Source: the human T2T-CHM13v2.0 reference genome, Homo sapiens
DNA: 64,000 nt
Strand: one strand, 5' to 3'
Assembly (NCBI RefSeq): GCF_009914755.1
Contig: NC_060926.1
How positions within the stretch are numbered: the stretch's first letter is position 1; the number at the start of each line of letters is the position of its first letter. Position numbers and translations under genes: made by a program. Under the pieces are notes generated by a model. The model did no database searches, was not told where the DNA came from, and saw only the letters and a list, made by a program, of their open reading frames with translations. Shown here one piece after another: positions 44,095 through 58,085 of the stretch.

Positions 44095-45260
44095 CGGGCA
44101 ACCTCAGCCTCCTGCCGCCCGCAAGCTGGGTCCCCACCCCGGCTGAGGGCCCGCTGCGGGGGCACAGGGCGCGAGGACACAGCCTAGCACACTAGGGACT
44201 CACACTTCATGTTCTTCATCGGCAAGGGAATCATCGCGTGAAAAATGGTCCAACTTTACTCGCAGCCGGAAACTGCAGTGTGGATAGCAATAATACAGTG
44301 TCAGATTTCACCTGTGAAATTGTCTAAGAAACGAGGACAGTCCTCGCGAAAATCAAGGGAACAGGCCCTCTAGGAAGCTATTGTTTTCTTTATTTATCCT
44401 TTAGCTTTTCTTGGAGATCATGACAGAGGTGTGTGAAATCTGCTCTGCATTTGTCTAGTAAAGATCACGTGAGGAGTTCATTTCAGGTCACACTAGCACC
44501 AGGAAAGCCAGACTCCAAGGAAGATCCAAGATGTTTCCTTGTCCCCAAGATTGAAAGCTGGATCTGCCAGGGGCCCAGTGGACCCAGGTGGCTCCTCCAG
44601 TTAGGAAAACGAAGCCAGGGATCATGAGGGAGGAGCTATTATGAAGCTGTGGTTGGAACACTGAGAAACCCAGGCTGGCAAGGAGGGGCTGTGCCCACCC
44701 TAGGCCCAATGGATGAGCAGAGGGAGCAGCCACCAGAACCTGCAGGAGGAAGAGGCCTCTTGGACAGGGGCAGTGGCTTCTGGCCAGGACACAGCCAGCC
44801 TCACCAGACAGGCCCTAGGCAATGGCTGGCCTCTGTGTCCCCTCCCCCATCCCCTGCCAGGGCTCCCCATGGTCTGGGCCCCACTGAAGGTCAAGGCCTG
44901 GCATCTCTACACAAAGTGAGTGAGAGCAGAAGGAAGCCCGGAGGAGCCGGGGAAGCCTCAGGCACAGAGCTCTTTCCCCTTCTGTGTGATGAGAAGCTCA
45001 GCGTCAAACGGGAGGTATTTTGCTTTCTCCTTCCTTGATCCTTACGGCAGCCAATACAGTGATGCCACTTTTTCCAGGTGGATAACAATGTCTTATTGTT
45101 TAAAACTTACACCTGCTTATCATAGGGACAAGGATGAAAACCAATATCACCTTCCAAAAAGTGGCCACCTTTGAAATAACCTTGCCACATCAGGTGTCCA
45201 GATAGAGACCCAACAGGAAAACATCATGTGGGGTTTACCTCCCAAAACAGGGTCTGGGTT

Positions 45261-46006
<746 letters not shown>

Positions 46007-46245
46007 ATGGGTTTCTCTGTAAAGGGAGGCAGGCAGGATGAAGAAGTGTGGCCATCTGGGAATGCATCCCATCCAGAGAGCTGGGCCAGGCCCACGATAG
46101 TCACAGCCTGCCGCATGGGCCTGCTTCCTTATTTACTTAACAGGAGCCCTCCCAGAATCTATACAGAAATACCTACAACCATCCACCAGGCGCAGTGCCC
46201 TGCCTTGTCCTCAAAAACTTCTAAAAGCCAGATTGTCAAAAGCAA

Positions 46246-46251
46246 TTTAAT
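46246..46251 (-). terminator. RAB17: Probable RAB17 polyadenylation signal (ATTAAA)
   Basis: tttaat on the + strand, about 670 nt past the stop codon, followed on the - strand by T-rich sequence. Confidence 0.6.
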
Positions 46252-46922
46252 TTTTGGAGGAAAAACTGCATACGCAGTACAACTTATATCTCAGGCGAAA
46301 TGTCTCAGAATCTTCCTGCTCATTGGACAGAAACTCAGCTTCACCACATTGCCAGCCGGGAGACCATGGAAGGGAACTGGCGCCACTGCCCCCAGCTGCC
46401 CTTCCCAGGGGCAACTTCACCAAGATGCGGAAATCCTGGGCCCACCCCACAGTCAGTCATCGCTCCATTTCTTCCTGGCACCACCACCTCCATCTGGCCT
46501 GCTCCCCAACCCCCCAGAAGCAGGTGGGCCCAGGCTCCAGGCCAGTGCCATCAAGATCAGACGTAAGGCATCTTCCCACCGTCGCTGTGCTCCGGGGACT
46601 TTTCCAATCCTTCCTTCCTCTCTGTCCAGAGGCTGCCAGGCTGAGGGGGCCACCGTCCAGGTGGAACAGGCACAGGCATCGGGGAATCAGATGGTATCAG
46701 TGGGGATAGGGCACAGCACTTTCCTGGGAGCCATGCGACGCCAGATCTTCCTCTGGCAGTTCCCACTGGCTGTGGGAAGTGGTTTTCATAAAGGGGGCCA
46801 ACTTCCAGGAACATCTAGGGCTCGGGAGCAACCCAGCATTGACAGTGAATCAGAATCCACCTAGAGCTGGCCATGGCCCAGGCAGGGGGTGTCTTCCCCA
46901 CAGCCCCCAGGAGTAGCTGCAC

Positions 46923-47032
46923 CTAGTGGGCACAGCATTTGGCCTGCCTCGCGGGCCCCTTGTTCAGAGCCACAGCTGCATCCCCCCGTGGAGCCTGGCC
47001 CTCCTCGTCGCTTCTCTGCAGTAGCTCTTGGG
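46923..47032 (-). CDS. RAB17: RAB17 last exon, (A)QELLQRSDEEGQAPRGDAAVALNKGPARQAKCCAH-stop
   Basis: gttcacag|CC; C-terminal CCXX prenylation motif; total CDS 639 nt = 212 aa + stop. Confidence 0.97.
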
Positions 47033-47290
47033 CTGTGAACAGCAAGAGGAGGGGGCTGGCTAGGGAGGGAAGTCGCCCAGCCCAGCACAGCCCTGCAGAC
47101 CAGCCACCCCAGGACCCGCCCCTCCTGTGTTTACCCTGAACCATAGAACAAGGGCCTCCTGCCCCTCCTGGTCACCATCCAGTCCCTAAAGACATTCTAT
47201 GGGATACCACGTCACCAGCAACAGGGACCCAGGGAAGTTGGTCAGGGACAAGCACCTCCCCCTTGTCTGGCCCACGGGGACGTGACTCAC

Positions 47291-47384
47291 CCACTGTATT
47301 GAACACCTCCGACACCTGGTGGTTCAGTTTGGCCGAAGTTTCCATGAACAGCAACTTCTGGCTGTCGGCAAACTCCTTCCCTTC
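47291..47384 (-). CDS. RAB17: RAB17 exon 5, EGKEFADSQKLLFMETSAKLNHQVSEVFNTV
   Basis: ETSAK G5 motif; ttccttcag|GAA and GTGG|gtgagt; 94 nt. Confidence 0.97.
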
Positions 47385-48920
47385 CTGAAGGAAACAGCCA
47401 CAAAATCCAGCGCTGTTTATAAGAGAGTTTCCTAAGGACACCTGGTTCACTTCCAACAGTAAGATCCGAGAAAGCTGCAGCCATGGAGCCCGCACTCCTC
47501 CACGTTTCGTGTCCAAGTTGTGTTTCTTGGCACTCCTGAGCAGCCAGGACCAGGGAGGGGCGGGGTGTGCTCCCTGGAAGAGGCTCTTCCTCTAGCTGGC
47601 GGGGGGCGGCCTTCCTCCTCCTGCAGGGCCTGGAAAGCCAAGTCCCCACCCCCAGGTTCCCCTCCCATCATGCCTGTTGGCACCTGTGGGCTTTGATGCT
47701 GGGCAAAGAACCAACTGAGAACCCAGGAAACATGAGGCAGAGGGAGGCCCCTGGACGGCACCCACCTGGGCCCTTCTTCTGGGGAACCCTCATTTTCCAA
47801 CACAGCTCTCCTCTGGGGAGAAATGGATGTCCCAGAGCAAAGGCAAACCAGAAAACAGCAGGCTTGCAACGGGTGACCAGGAGAAAGCATTCATGGGAAG
47901 GCCACAGCCTTGCCCAGGAGTCCAGGGTGGCCGAGGAATGGGGGCCTTCCTGTGCAGGCCCCTCCCCTGGCCTCCGGGACTCTCCCAGGAAGAGGAGCCT
48001 GTGGTGGATCCCAGAGGGCACAGCTCAGGCTCCTGACTGTCCAGCCAGACATGGAGCTGGCAGCAGGTGTGGCCGGCCATGCCCCCAGCTCTCGCACCAT
48101 CCACCATCGTGAGTGCACTCCTCCTGTCCTGGCCCGGAGATCCCTCGGCCGGCCCTGCATTTGTCCCCACTGAGCTCCCCAGCCAGCTCCCCAGACAGAC
48201 GCTCCAAACCCACCCTGGCCGCCCACTGCCCCTCCAAGCCTTGAGTAACCTCGTGCCCATGTTTTTGTGCCTGCCCAAGCACACAGCCCATGTAGTCACT
48301 CTCAGAGGGCACAGCTCTGCTGCCAGGGCCCTCTCTCCCCCACCCCAACTTGCAACGAGGGCTCAGACTGACGCTGTCTCCCTTTGCTCCCCTTGCTCTC
48401 CCCCGAGATTCTCCAAAATCTTCACCCCACTTCTCCATCTCTCCACAGCCTCCATTGAAGCTGGGGCCTTTTCTCTTTGGGAGGCGCGCCCGTCGGTCTA
48501 AGCCCTGAGTTAGGTCTTCCCCTGCGCCAGCCTCTAGTGTGTGTGGGGTCTCCCCATCAGCCACTTGTCTGCAGCTGTTTACACGGTCTTCGTCCTAAAT
48601 GTGGTGGGGGAGGTGGGATGCCGTGGAAGAGAAACAACAGCGACACCTGGGTGACCGCTGCCTCTGCCTGTAAGGAGGACTGACAAAACTCGAGTGAAGG
48701 AGGCTACATTTGCACAGAAGCCCCTTCTGGGAACAGAGTAGGGAAGGGAGCCCTGCTGAGGAACTAGATCACTTTTCTCGTTCAAGCCGAGCCCACCCTG
48801 CAGCTGCCGCCCTGCCCTTCCCTCTGCCGGCCACTGGGCTTGAACTGCCATTGCACTGGGCCTGAGTTTTTCAGGAAAGACCGGAAATCTTTGACTAAAA
48901 GAGAAACTCAGGTGGAAAGC

Positions 48921-49085
48921 TGTGTGTGTGTGCGTGTGTGTGTGTTCACTTGTAAATGTGTGTGGGTGCAAGTAAGAGTGAATGTGGGGGGTGTGCATGT
49001 GTGTAAATGCATGTGGGCGTGTAGAGGTGTGTGTGCACATGTGTAAGTGTGTGCGTGTGTGGGTGTGCGTGTATGAAAGTGTGAG
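48921..49085 (+). repeat. TG-rich low-complexity tract in RAB17 intron 4
   Basis: Imperfect (TG)n. Confidence 0.85.
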
Positions 49086-49160
49086 TGCCAAGGTCTTGAC
49101 ACAGGCGGGCAGGGCTCTCTCCTGCTGTGGAAGAGCAGAGCAGGGTCTCCTGGGCGGTAC

Positions 49161-49286
49161 CTGGAAGGTCACCTCCCGCTCCTGGCTGAGGTCCGTCTTG
49201 TTGCCCACCAGCATCACCAGGACTTCTCCTGGGTGCAGCTCCTCCTCCAGGTCCTTCAGCCACTGCTGAGCCTTGAGGAAGGAATC
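49161..49286 (-). CDS. RAB17: RAB17 exon 4, DSFLKAQQWLKDLEEELHPGEVLVMLVGNKTDLSQEREVTFQ
   Basis: NKTD G4 motif; ttttctag|GAT and CAG|gtaccg; 126 nt. Confidence 0.97.
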
Positions 49287-49907
49287 CTAGAAAAGAAGAA
49301 AAAAAGTAACATCAAACAAAACTTATAGGTGGTCATTAGCTATTCCGGGAGGGGGAAGCCAGTGTTGCTGATCACGTTGTGTAAAATGTCACAGAATCCA
49401 ACTGGCCATGGGCGCACCTGCAGGGCTGCTCCGTTCCTCTGAGGAGGGCACGTTCCTGTCCTGGGTGACCTGTGCGGCCAGGCAGAAAACTGCTAGGACA
49501 CACATCAGATCCTTCACCCTGACCAGGCCCAGGAGACTGCCAGCCACGGGGTATTTCAGGTCAGGCCTCGAGCTCCTGAATCTCCCACGCCTAGCTGTCC
49601 TCAAAGGACCACTTTGTGCAAGAGAGTCTGGGGGACTGGCCACCACCCCAAACCCTGACCCTAATGCAGCACCAGGAACTACTGAGTGGCAGATGGCAAC
49701 AGCATGTTCTTTGTGGACCACGGAGGAGCAGAACCCCACTGTGGAGGAGGATGGGGGGTTGTCAGGAGGCCATCCTGGAGGAGGTGACTGTTGCTCACTA
49801 ATGGAGTCTCTGTTCCTTGTGATTACGCCATGGCATCATTGCACTGGAGAAACCAGAAGGCAGGTGCTTGGGAAGGAGGGTGGGACGTGCCTCAAGGCGG
49901 GCCCTAC

Positions 49908-50059
49908 CTTCCTGGTGATGTCGTACACCAGAAGCGCAGCGTTGGCACCCCTGAAGTAGAGGTGGCAGACGCTGTGGTACTTCTCCTGGCCAGCTGTGTC
50001 CCAGATCTCAAGCTTCAGAGAGGTGGCACCCACATCCACCACCTTTGTGAAGAACGCAC
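49908..50059 (-). CDS. RAB17: RAB17 exon 3, (C)AFFTKVVDVGATSLKLEIWDTAGQEKYHSVCHLYFRGANAALLVYDITRK
   Basis: WDTAGQE G3 motif; tttcag|GT and AAG|gtaggg; 152 nt. Confidence 0.97.
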
Positions 50060-50802
50060 CTGAAACAGGGAGGCCCAGAGGGCTTACTCAGAGGACGAGG
50101 TTGCCACATGCGGCTCAGGTGGGACCACGGCAAGCCGCAGGCACAGCAATGGGCTCAGAGGGACAGCTGGCCATGCATCTCCCACGCCCGCATGGCCAGG
50201 AGGTTGAGCAAACAGTTCTTCTGGGAGATGGAGCCTTCCACATCGAGCAAAGTGTTGGGAGTGATTGCTATGGGGCCTTTGGAGAGGCTTTGGATGGGAA
50301 GATAAATCTCTCCAGGACCTAATACAAAAGCTCTGGGCTACATATGCCGTGAAAGGGATCTCCACTTACTGGGAGTCCGATGCATCCCTGCCAGCTTCCA
50401 GCGATGCAGCTGGGCTCTGGGAACCCCTAGAGCCCTGGGCACCCCCGGCCTACCGGCCCCTCGCCTGCCAGACCCATCTTGCACAGAGGCAGTCACGATT
50501 GCATAGGCTCCTCCAAGGCCTTCCTCGCCTCCTGCTAACCTCCCCACTTTCCCAATGCTGCTCCCCACCAACACCCTTCTCTACTGTCCCCTCTGCATGG
50601 TATCCTTCCTCTTCTTCACCTAGAAAACTCTTAGGCATCCTCTGAGATCTTCCAGCGGCAACCCCGGAAGGGCTGCTGGGCCCCCTGCCTCCACGGAAGC
50701 CTCCCTGCACCCCATACACACCCAGAGGCAAGGCCTCCTGCGTTCTCCACCTGTCTCCCCCAGGAAGGCAGGGGCTTTGTCTTACTCAGCCATGTACCTG
50801 CT

Positions 50803-50805
<3 letters not shown>

Positions 50806-50852
<47 letters not shown>
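50806..50852 (+). repeat. (CA)n microsatellite
   Basis: Pure AC run of about 23 units. Confidence 0.95.
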
Positions 50853-50854
<2 letters not shown>

Positions 50855-51195
50855 CTACTCCCAAGCACTTTAACATATTGGGCAATGCACTGTTCATTTA
50901 AAGATTTTCTACCCTTTGCTTTCCAAAGTTATATGATTTTAAAATGGTTATTTTATAGATCTCCAAAATGTTTTGCCCCATTGTGTGTGGCTTGTCAGGA
51001 ATGTGTTATACACAGAACTGGAGAGGACGGGGCGGGGGAAGGCAAGGTGTCTGGGGCATGGAGGAGCCACCAGCACCGACAGGCTCCTGTCAAAGCTGCT
51101 ACCCTGCCTAGACCCTGGGTTGGGTTTGGGGTCTGTTGGGGAGATTCTGGCAAATGGAGCCACATGTTTAAAATAAAAACTTACACTCCAAGGAC

Positions 51196-51640
51196 AGTGC
51201 ATGAGTGTCCTGCGGCTGCCAAAACAAAGTCCCATGAGCCGAGTGGCTCAAATTAGCAAATTTCTTCCTGCAGTTCTGGAGGCCAGAGGTCCAAAACTGA
51301 TGCGTTGGCTGGGTTGGTTCCTTCCGGAGACTGAAGGAGAATCCATTCCAGGCCTCCTCCAGCTTCAGGGGCTGCCGGCAACCCTGGTGTTCCTGGTGGC
51401 TGCATCACCCCCATCTCTGGCTCTGTCTTCACGTGGCTGCCCCTCTGTGGCTGTGTCCTCTCCCCTTCTTATAAGGATGTCAGTCACTGGACTTAAGGGC
51501 TATCCTAAGTTCCATCTTGTTGGCCTTAATTAATTACATCTGCAAAGACCCTCTCTCCAAATAAGGTCGCACTCACAGGTTCCGGGGGTTAGGACTTAAT
51601 CGCCTCTTTACGGGTGGGAGAAACTCAATTGCACCCACTA
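51196..51640. mobile_element. MaLR LTR (MLT1-like)
   Basis: cagttctggaggccagaggtcc...taattacatctgcaaagaccct. Confidence 0.78.
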
Positions 51641-51703
51641 GACAGAGAACAGGAGGCTGGACAGAGAACAGGAGGCTGGACAGAGAACAGGAGGCTGGAC
51701 AGA
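51641..51703 (+). repeat. 19-bp tandem repeat, 3.3 copies
   Basis: GACAGAGAACAGGAGGCTG x3. Confidence 0.9.
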
Positions 51704-52389
51704 GCTTTCCAGCATGGTGCAGCAAGACCGTGCTTCTCTATCATGAGACAACCTCTTCCTAAACGGAAACCACTGCCTGGGCTCTTCTGCCCGCATGTCC
51801 TGCAGTTCCCTGCAGGTCCAGGAACTTGAAGTCAGACCAACTCCCCAGGTCAAACAAAGCTGCAGTCTCCATCCAGACAGTAGGACCAGTGATTTCCAGC
51901 TTAGATGGGGCAACTGTCGGGACTGAACCGGCTATAAACCTCTGAACACACCAGATGCTCCACTGGATTGACAATGGTGCCAGAATGAAGACCGTGCCCA
52001 GAATATAAATGTACACCCATCAGCTGATCTGATGGCAGCTTGCTTAAACTTTCTAAGTCTCAGCTTCCTCATCCATAGCAGGAGCTAATGGTGCCCTTCA
52101 CCCAGGGTGGCTGTTAAATCGCCTGAGCAAGGAGAGAAAGGGCATATGAATTTTGCTTCTTCTTTCTGTCCTCTTTGCTCTTTGTGGACTTGTTGTCTTA
52201 AAACGTGGGCCTTTTATCCACATCTTTCTGTTTCCCATCACTTCAAATCACATTTCTCAGTTTGAATTTGGTTTTATCTTAAAAGCTGGCGCAGGGTGAA
52301 ACGTGAGCATAAAATTCAGGTTTTCTTCCTCCATTTACCAATCTTAGCCTCTCATATTTTCCTTTTCCATGTTGAAAATGATGGCTGGA

Positions 52390-52683
<294 letters not shown>

Positions 52684-53037
52684 GAAGGGGGGGGAGGAGG
52701 GGAGGGAAAATGATGGCTGGTGGTTGAATTTACACTAATGTAAAATTCCAGCAAATTTCCAAGGAGGGCATGGGTTTTAGTCCAAGCAATGATAATGCAT
52801 AATAATAGTCAATGTTTGGCTATTTACAGAACATAGACCCTTCCCTTCCCTGCAGAGATGTAAGGCCCTCAGGTGGGCCCCTGGACAGGTATTTGAGGCA
52901 ACCTAGTCTCGTGCACTCCGTGGCTCTGACCCGGAAGACAGCATGCATTTATTATCATAACCTTTTTCAGAAACCCACTAACCACATTTCTATATCTCCA
53001 TGGCTAAGGCCAAAATGTAATTAAAAAATAAAGTTTT

Positions 53038-53484
53038 GGCTGGGTACAGTGGCTCATGCCTGTAACCCCAGCATTTTGGGAGGCCAAGGAGGGAAGATCA
53101 ATCTAGCTCAGGAGCTTAAGATCAGTGAAACCTTGTCTCTACAAAAAACACAAAAATTAGCTGGGTGTGGTGGCGCACACCTGTGGTCCCAGCTACTGAA
53201 GAGGTGGAGGTGGAGGCTTGCTTGAGCCCAGGAGGTTGAGGCTACAGTGAGCTGTGATCATACCACCACACTCCAGCCTGGGCAACAGAATGAGACGCCA
53301 TCTTAAAAAAAAAAAAAAAAGTTCCTCTACTAAATTTTATTTTTTTAATTTAATTTTATTTTTTTAGTAGAGACACGGTTTCACCATGTTGCCCAGGCTG
53401 GTATCCAACTCCTGAGCTCGGGCAATCTGCCCGCCTCGGCCTCCCAAATTGCTGAGATTATAGGCATGAGCCACTGCGCCCAGC
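53038..53484. mobile_element. AluJ-like (+, 53038-53320) tail-to-tail with an Alu left monomer (-, 53335-53484)
   Basis: The monomer is flanked by the direct repeat CTCTACTAAAT. Confidence 0.9.
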
Positions 53485-54789
53485 CTCTCTACTAAATGTT
53501 AATATCATTTAAGTGGTTTTGCTTTTTTTACCTTTTAATTTAAATAAACAGCCAATTCTGCTCATTGAAGCCCTCTCTGTAGCACTTGGCTGTTTTGTAA
53601 AAATAGTGAGCTGATGACAAATTGAAAGGAACATGAAATGGAAACTTATTTTCTGGGGGCTCTAGGACGTCAGCCACGTTCTCGATTTAGAAGGGAAGTC
53701 AGCTGGTGCCAAGTTGAATGTGCTCAGTACCTGTTTGTCACCGTCCCCTTCCTGGAAAAAGCCCAACAAGTCTGGGGTTAGTTGTGGCTTCAGCTGGCAA
53801 ATGTGCACACAAGCACTAGATGTCACCATCCTTCCAAAAGATGTCATGCAGAAAGTCAGCAGCGCACAGAATCTCCCCTGCTGTGGCCTGTTAGGACAGT
53901 GGGGGCAGTCCATGGGGAGGTCCAGCCCCCGTCCCTGACACAGCAGGGGCTCCTAAAGCTGCCACCTCCGCAGCAGGCCCTGGCGGGGGTGGGCGGGAGG
54001 CTGCGCTCACTTGGACTCCCGTCCCTCGGACTCCCGTCCGTTCTGCCTCTGCTCCTGCCTGCTCTTCTGGCTCCAGCCAGCACGTTGGCTTTCCAGCTTC
54101 AGGGCTCGAGTCCATGTCCCTTTCTGGCTCTGCTTCCTGCTTCCTCTGGATGGACGGTGTCTTGCCAGGAGCTGAGCCCACCACCTGTGTCATGTCCTGC
54201 TGTGGGCCCCACCCCACACACCTGTCGACTGAACCAGACCCTCGGGAGGGCCCCAGGGACCTGAGTCAATCCTCCTGAAGGCTGACCCCTCGGACAGGGC
54301 CGGCCTTGGTGACCTTAAGCCACCCAGGGTGACAGCAACCTTTCATGGAGAGGCCACTCCAGGAAGGTGTTTACACTCCCGTTTCACAGGGAAAAAATCC
54401 AGACGGAGGGAAGGAGTGGCATGCCTGTGGCCATCCATCCTGTCCCTCCCTCGGGGATCCTGCAGCCAAGCACTGGGCGTGCTGCCTCCTGCATTTCCAG
54501 GCCGCCTGTGAGGACAGCACTCCCATTCTCCTCTGAGGCTCTGCTACTGGCCTACCCTCTCCCCTGGACAGGAGCCCAGTGTTCTTGATAAAAGCTGAAG
54601 CCACACGTGACAAAAGAAGCAGGAGTGTCTGCTCTCAAAGGGTTTTTGTGCAACACAGATCACTCTTCCCCCAAAGCACGTAAGTTAAAGGAGTGAGCAC
54701 ATCCCATCTCCTCATCCTAAAAGTGGCAATATCCACATTTATAATATGTGATCATGTAATTATTATAATGAGGATTAATAATTAACATA

Positions 54790-55263
<474 letters not shown>

Positions 55264-57928
55264 ATTAACATAATGATAATAATAAATTGCATGACATCTA
55301 TCCATAGTTACAGTAATATCTACCTCTAAAAGCTGTAATATTATCCCAAGGTGTGACGCAGACACTTGGATGGAAGCAGAGGAGACCATGGTTCCCACAG
55401 GGGACTCAGCCAACAGCAAAGGAAGGAGCTTCCACATTTCTACCCCCGCAACCCGGCACAGCTGCCCACACACAGAGGTGCTCAATACAAAAGTGCGGAC
55501 CCCAGGGTTGGAGGCTGATGGGATGAAGGCGGCTCATGAGCCACAGGCTAACCTAATCTGGCTGTTCTCCTCTCCCCGTTGTGCCACGGGCCACAGCCCA
55601 CAGCCTCCCACCCCGGCCCCATCACAGAGACCCAGAGTGGGAACAAAGACTCCACCCACCAGTTCTGGGTGAAAGGCAGAGCCCAGCCTGTAGAACGGTC
55701 CTTCCCCTCAGAGAGAGGAGATAAACCCAGGCCTGGAAGAGAGGGGCTTGGAGGAAGGGAGGCCCTGGCTTTCATCTGAAAGCTGCCGGCAGGGGGATGG
55801 CCCCTGCGGGGCCAGACAGAGGACCAGGAGTAGAGTGAGACATACAGGCCTGCCCCCCAAGCAAAGACCCCCAACCTGGCCTAGGACTCCCCAGCAAGCC
55901 CAGCTTTGTTCACCCCCCGACCCTGGTAGGCCCCCTGAAGAGAGGGCAGGCAATTGGTACAGGCAGGGCAGGTGTGAGGGGGATGCTCGGACCCTGGCTT
56001 GCTGGAATGAAAGGAACTAGGGCCTCGCGCCTCATTGTCGGGGCCTCCATCCCCCTCACCTGTAAAATACAGAATGCCCGGCACCACCCTGAAGCTTCAC
56101 AGACCCCACACATCACCCCCCCACCCCCACCCAAGAAAGGTGGGTGCTCTGTGGGTACAGCTCTCTGTGGGCTGAGCACGTCCAAGCACGTCTCAATGAA
56201 TCCAAAGCACCCTCCTACGCTCCAACCGGGCATCTCGGAATCTCTCAGCCCTGCTTGCGCTCACCTAGTGAGTGCCTTTGGGCGCTGGCTCCTGCAGGCT
56301 CTGCTAGGGTGGCGTCATGGAGTCCTTCTGTAAAAGGCCCTGTAGCAGATACTTTAGGTTTTACTGGCCATGGGGTCACTGCTGCAACCACTCAACCCTG
56401 CTGCCATTTTAGAGTGAATAGAGGAGGAGGAACAGCAAGAATATCATTTACAGAGGGTAAGTACCTGAAGAGGTAGAGTTGTGTCTCCACAGAACCTTAC
56501 TCACAAAACAACAAGAACAGCCAGAGAGCCACAGTGTGCAGACCTCCGTGTCAGAGTGAGATCCATCCCCAGTCCAGCTCACCTGGCCTGACACCTGCTG
56601 CCTCTCTCTGCATCTTGAATACCAGCCACCCAGGTACAAAGCTCTCAACATCCAGGCCTGGTGAGGCCCCCATCTGTGTGCTCTATTCTCAACTGAGGCC
56701 ACCCTCAGGCCAGCCTTGGCATTTTGATGTATTTTTAAAGGAAGCCAAGTCCAATATCAGGACTTGGGGGGTGAGGGGTACAGATCTCCTTGCTAATGGA
56801 GAAGAGGATTGTACTGCACACCACAGGGTAACCTTGACTCTCTCCCCAGGGTCCCCCTCTGCAGACAGCCTCTCACCATCACCCTGGCCCTTCTCACCAC
56901 TAGCTCTGGGAGTCGGGCCAGGCAGACCCCTGCCAATTCCCCTGTATCCCCTGGGGATCCTTCAGGAACCACCCCCCTGAGAAAATGGAAGGGCTCCCTA
57001 AATAGCTAACGTCATGTGCCACATCTTGCAATTGTGTTTCTGTGTTTGGTGCATCTGTTTAGCTGGTTATAGAATCCATCCCACCTAACGCAGGCCTGCA
57101 AAAGGGTTCATGCTCAACAGATGCCTGTTAGATGAGTAAATGAATGAGTGAATTTGGAGATGTGCAGCTTATCCATGTCAGAGTCCGAATTTGAAACCGA
57201 GGCTCTGATTCTGCATGTGTTCCCCCAGGGGGAATGGGCATAAAGAACACGCTGGCTTTCCCCATTTCAGGTGAAAACTGGGTTTCACTGCCTAGGCAGA
57301 CTGTGCCCACAGCAGGATGGGAAGGAGGCCAGCAGCCTGCAGATGCCCCATACAGTTACTCCTGAGCTTCATGACAGGTTAGCCTTTTTAAGAAACACAG
57401 AGAGAAGGTCTCCCTCCCCGCCCACCCCCAAAATGATCTTCCCACCCCCAATCCAGGCCAAGCTGGTAAACCAAGTCCAGGCAGGAAGGAAGATGCTGTT
57501 GGGGTAAATAAAGCAAGGGAGCAGTGTTAGCAGGAGGGCGGCCTGGGTGGTGGGAGAGGACAGCTGGTTTAGGCCGCTGAGTGGCCAGGGCCCAGGAGGC
57601 TTCTTCCGGGCTGTCCCTTCCACCAGCATAATCCCTCGCACCCAGCCCGACCCTTTGGGGCCAGAGGTCCTACCCCAGAATCTCCACCCCCTGCAGACTC
57701 CAGCTGAGCTGAAACCTGACCCAGAGCCAAGGGCATTTCCTGTCTTTGTAGATTCTGTGGCTGCCCTCTTGGACCTCACCCCCTCCCCTCACGCACTGGA
57801 CACAGGCAGCTCAAGGTCCCAGCATGGGGATTCCTAGGTGGGCCTCGTCCCCATCTGCCCCAGGTGTGGGTCAGCAGCCCAGACTTCTGCACTGAAGACC
57901 AACAAAGGGGTGCTCTGCCCTCACTTAC

Positions 57929-58085
57929 AGCCCACCGTAGGCAGGATACTCTTGAAGTCGTTCTTCACATACCGAAGAGCCAAGCTGGACTTACCCACGG
58001 AGCCACTTCCCAGGAGAACCAGCTTGAACACACGGGGCTGGCTGGGGGCAGCCCTGGGCTGGGGGGTCCTGTGTGCCTGTGCCAT
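57929..58085 (-). CDS. RAB17: RAB17 first coding exon (exon 2), MAQAHRTPQPRAAPSQPRVFKLVLLGSGSVGKSSLALRYVKNDFKSILPTVG
   Basis: Acceptor ttctttgcag|GGC-ATG (exon starts at 58088); P-loop GSGSVGKS; donor T|gtaagt. Confidence 0.96.

Noticed and set aside
42560-44187. 290 aa (-) and 215 aa (+) ORFs between PRLH and RAB17
   Set aside because: They begin or end in Alu sequence, have no recognisable domain and no supporting exon structure.
46007-46864. 285 aa + strand ORF
   Set aside because: Antisense to the RAB17 3' UTR, starts at an LTR edge and has no recognisable homology; chance ORF in GC-rich DNA.
49696-49710. Steroid-response-element-like GCAACAgcaTGTTCT in RAB17 intron 3
   Set aside because: The left half-site lacks the critical G; a single imperfect match is expected by chance.
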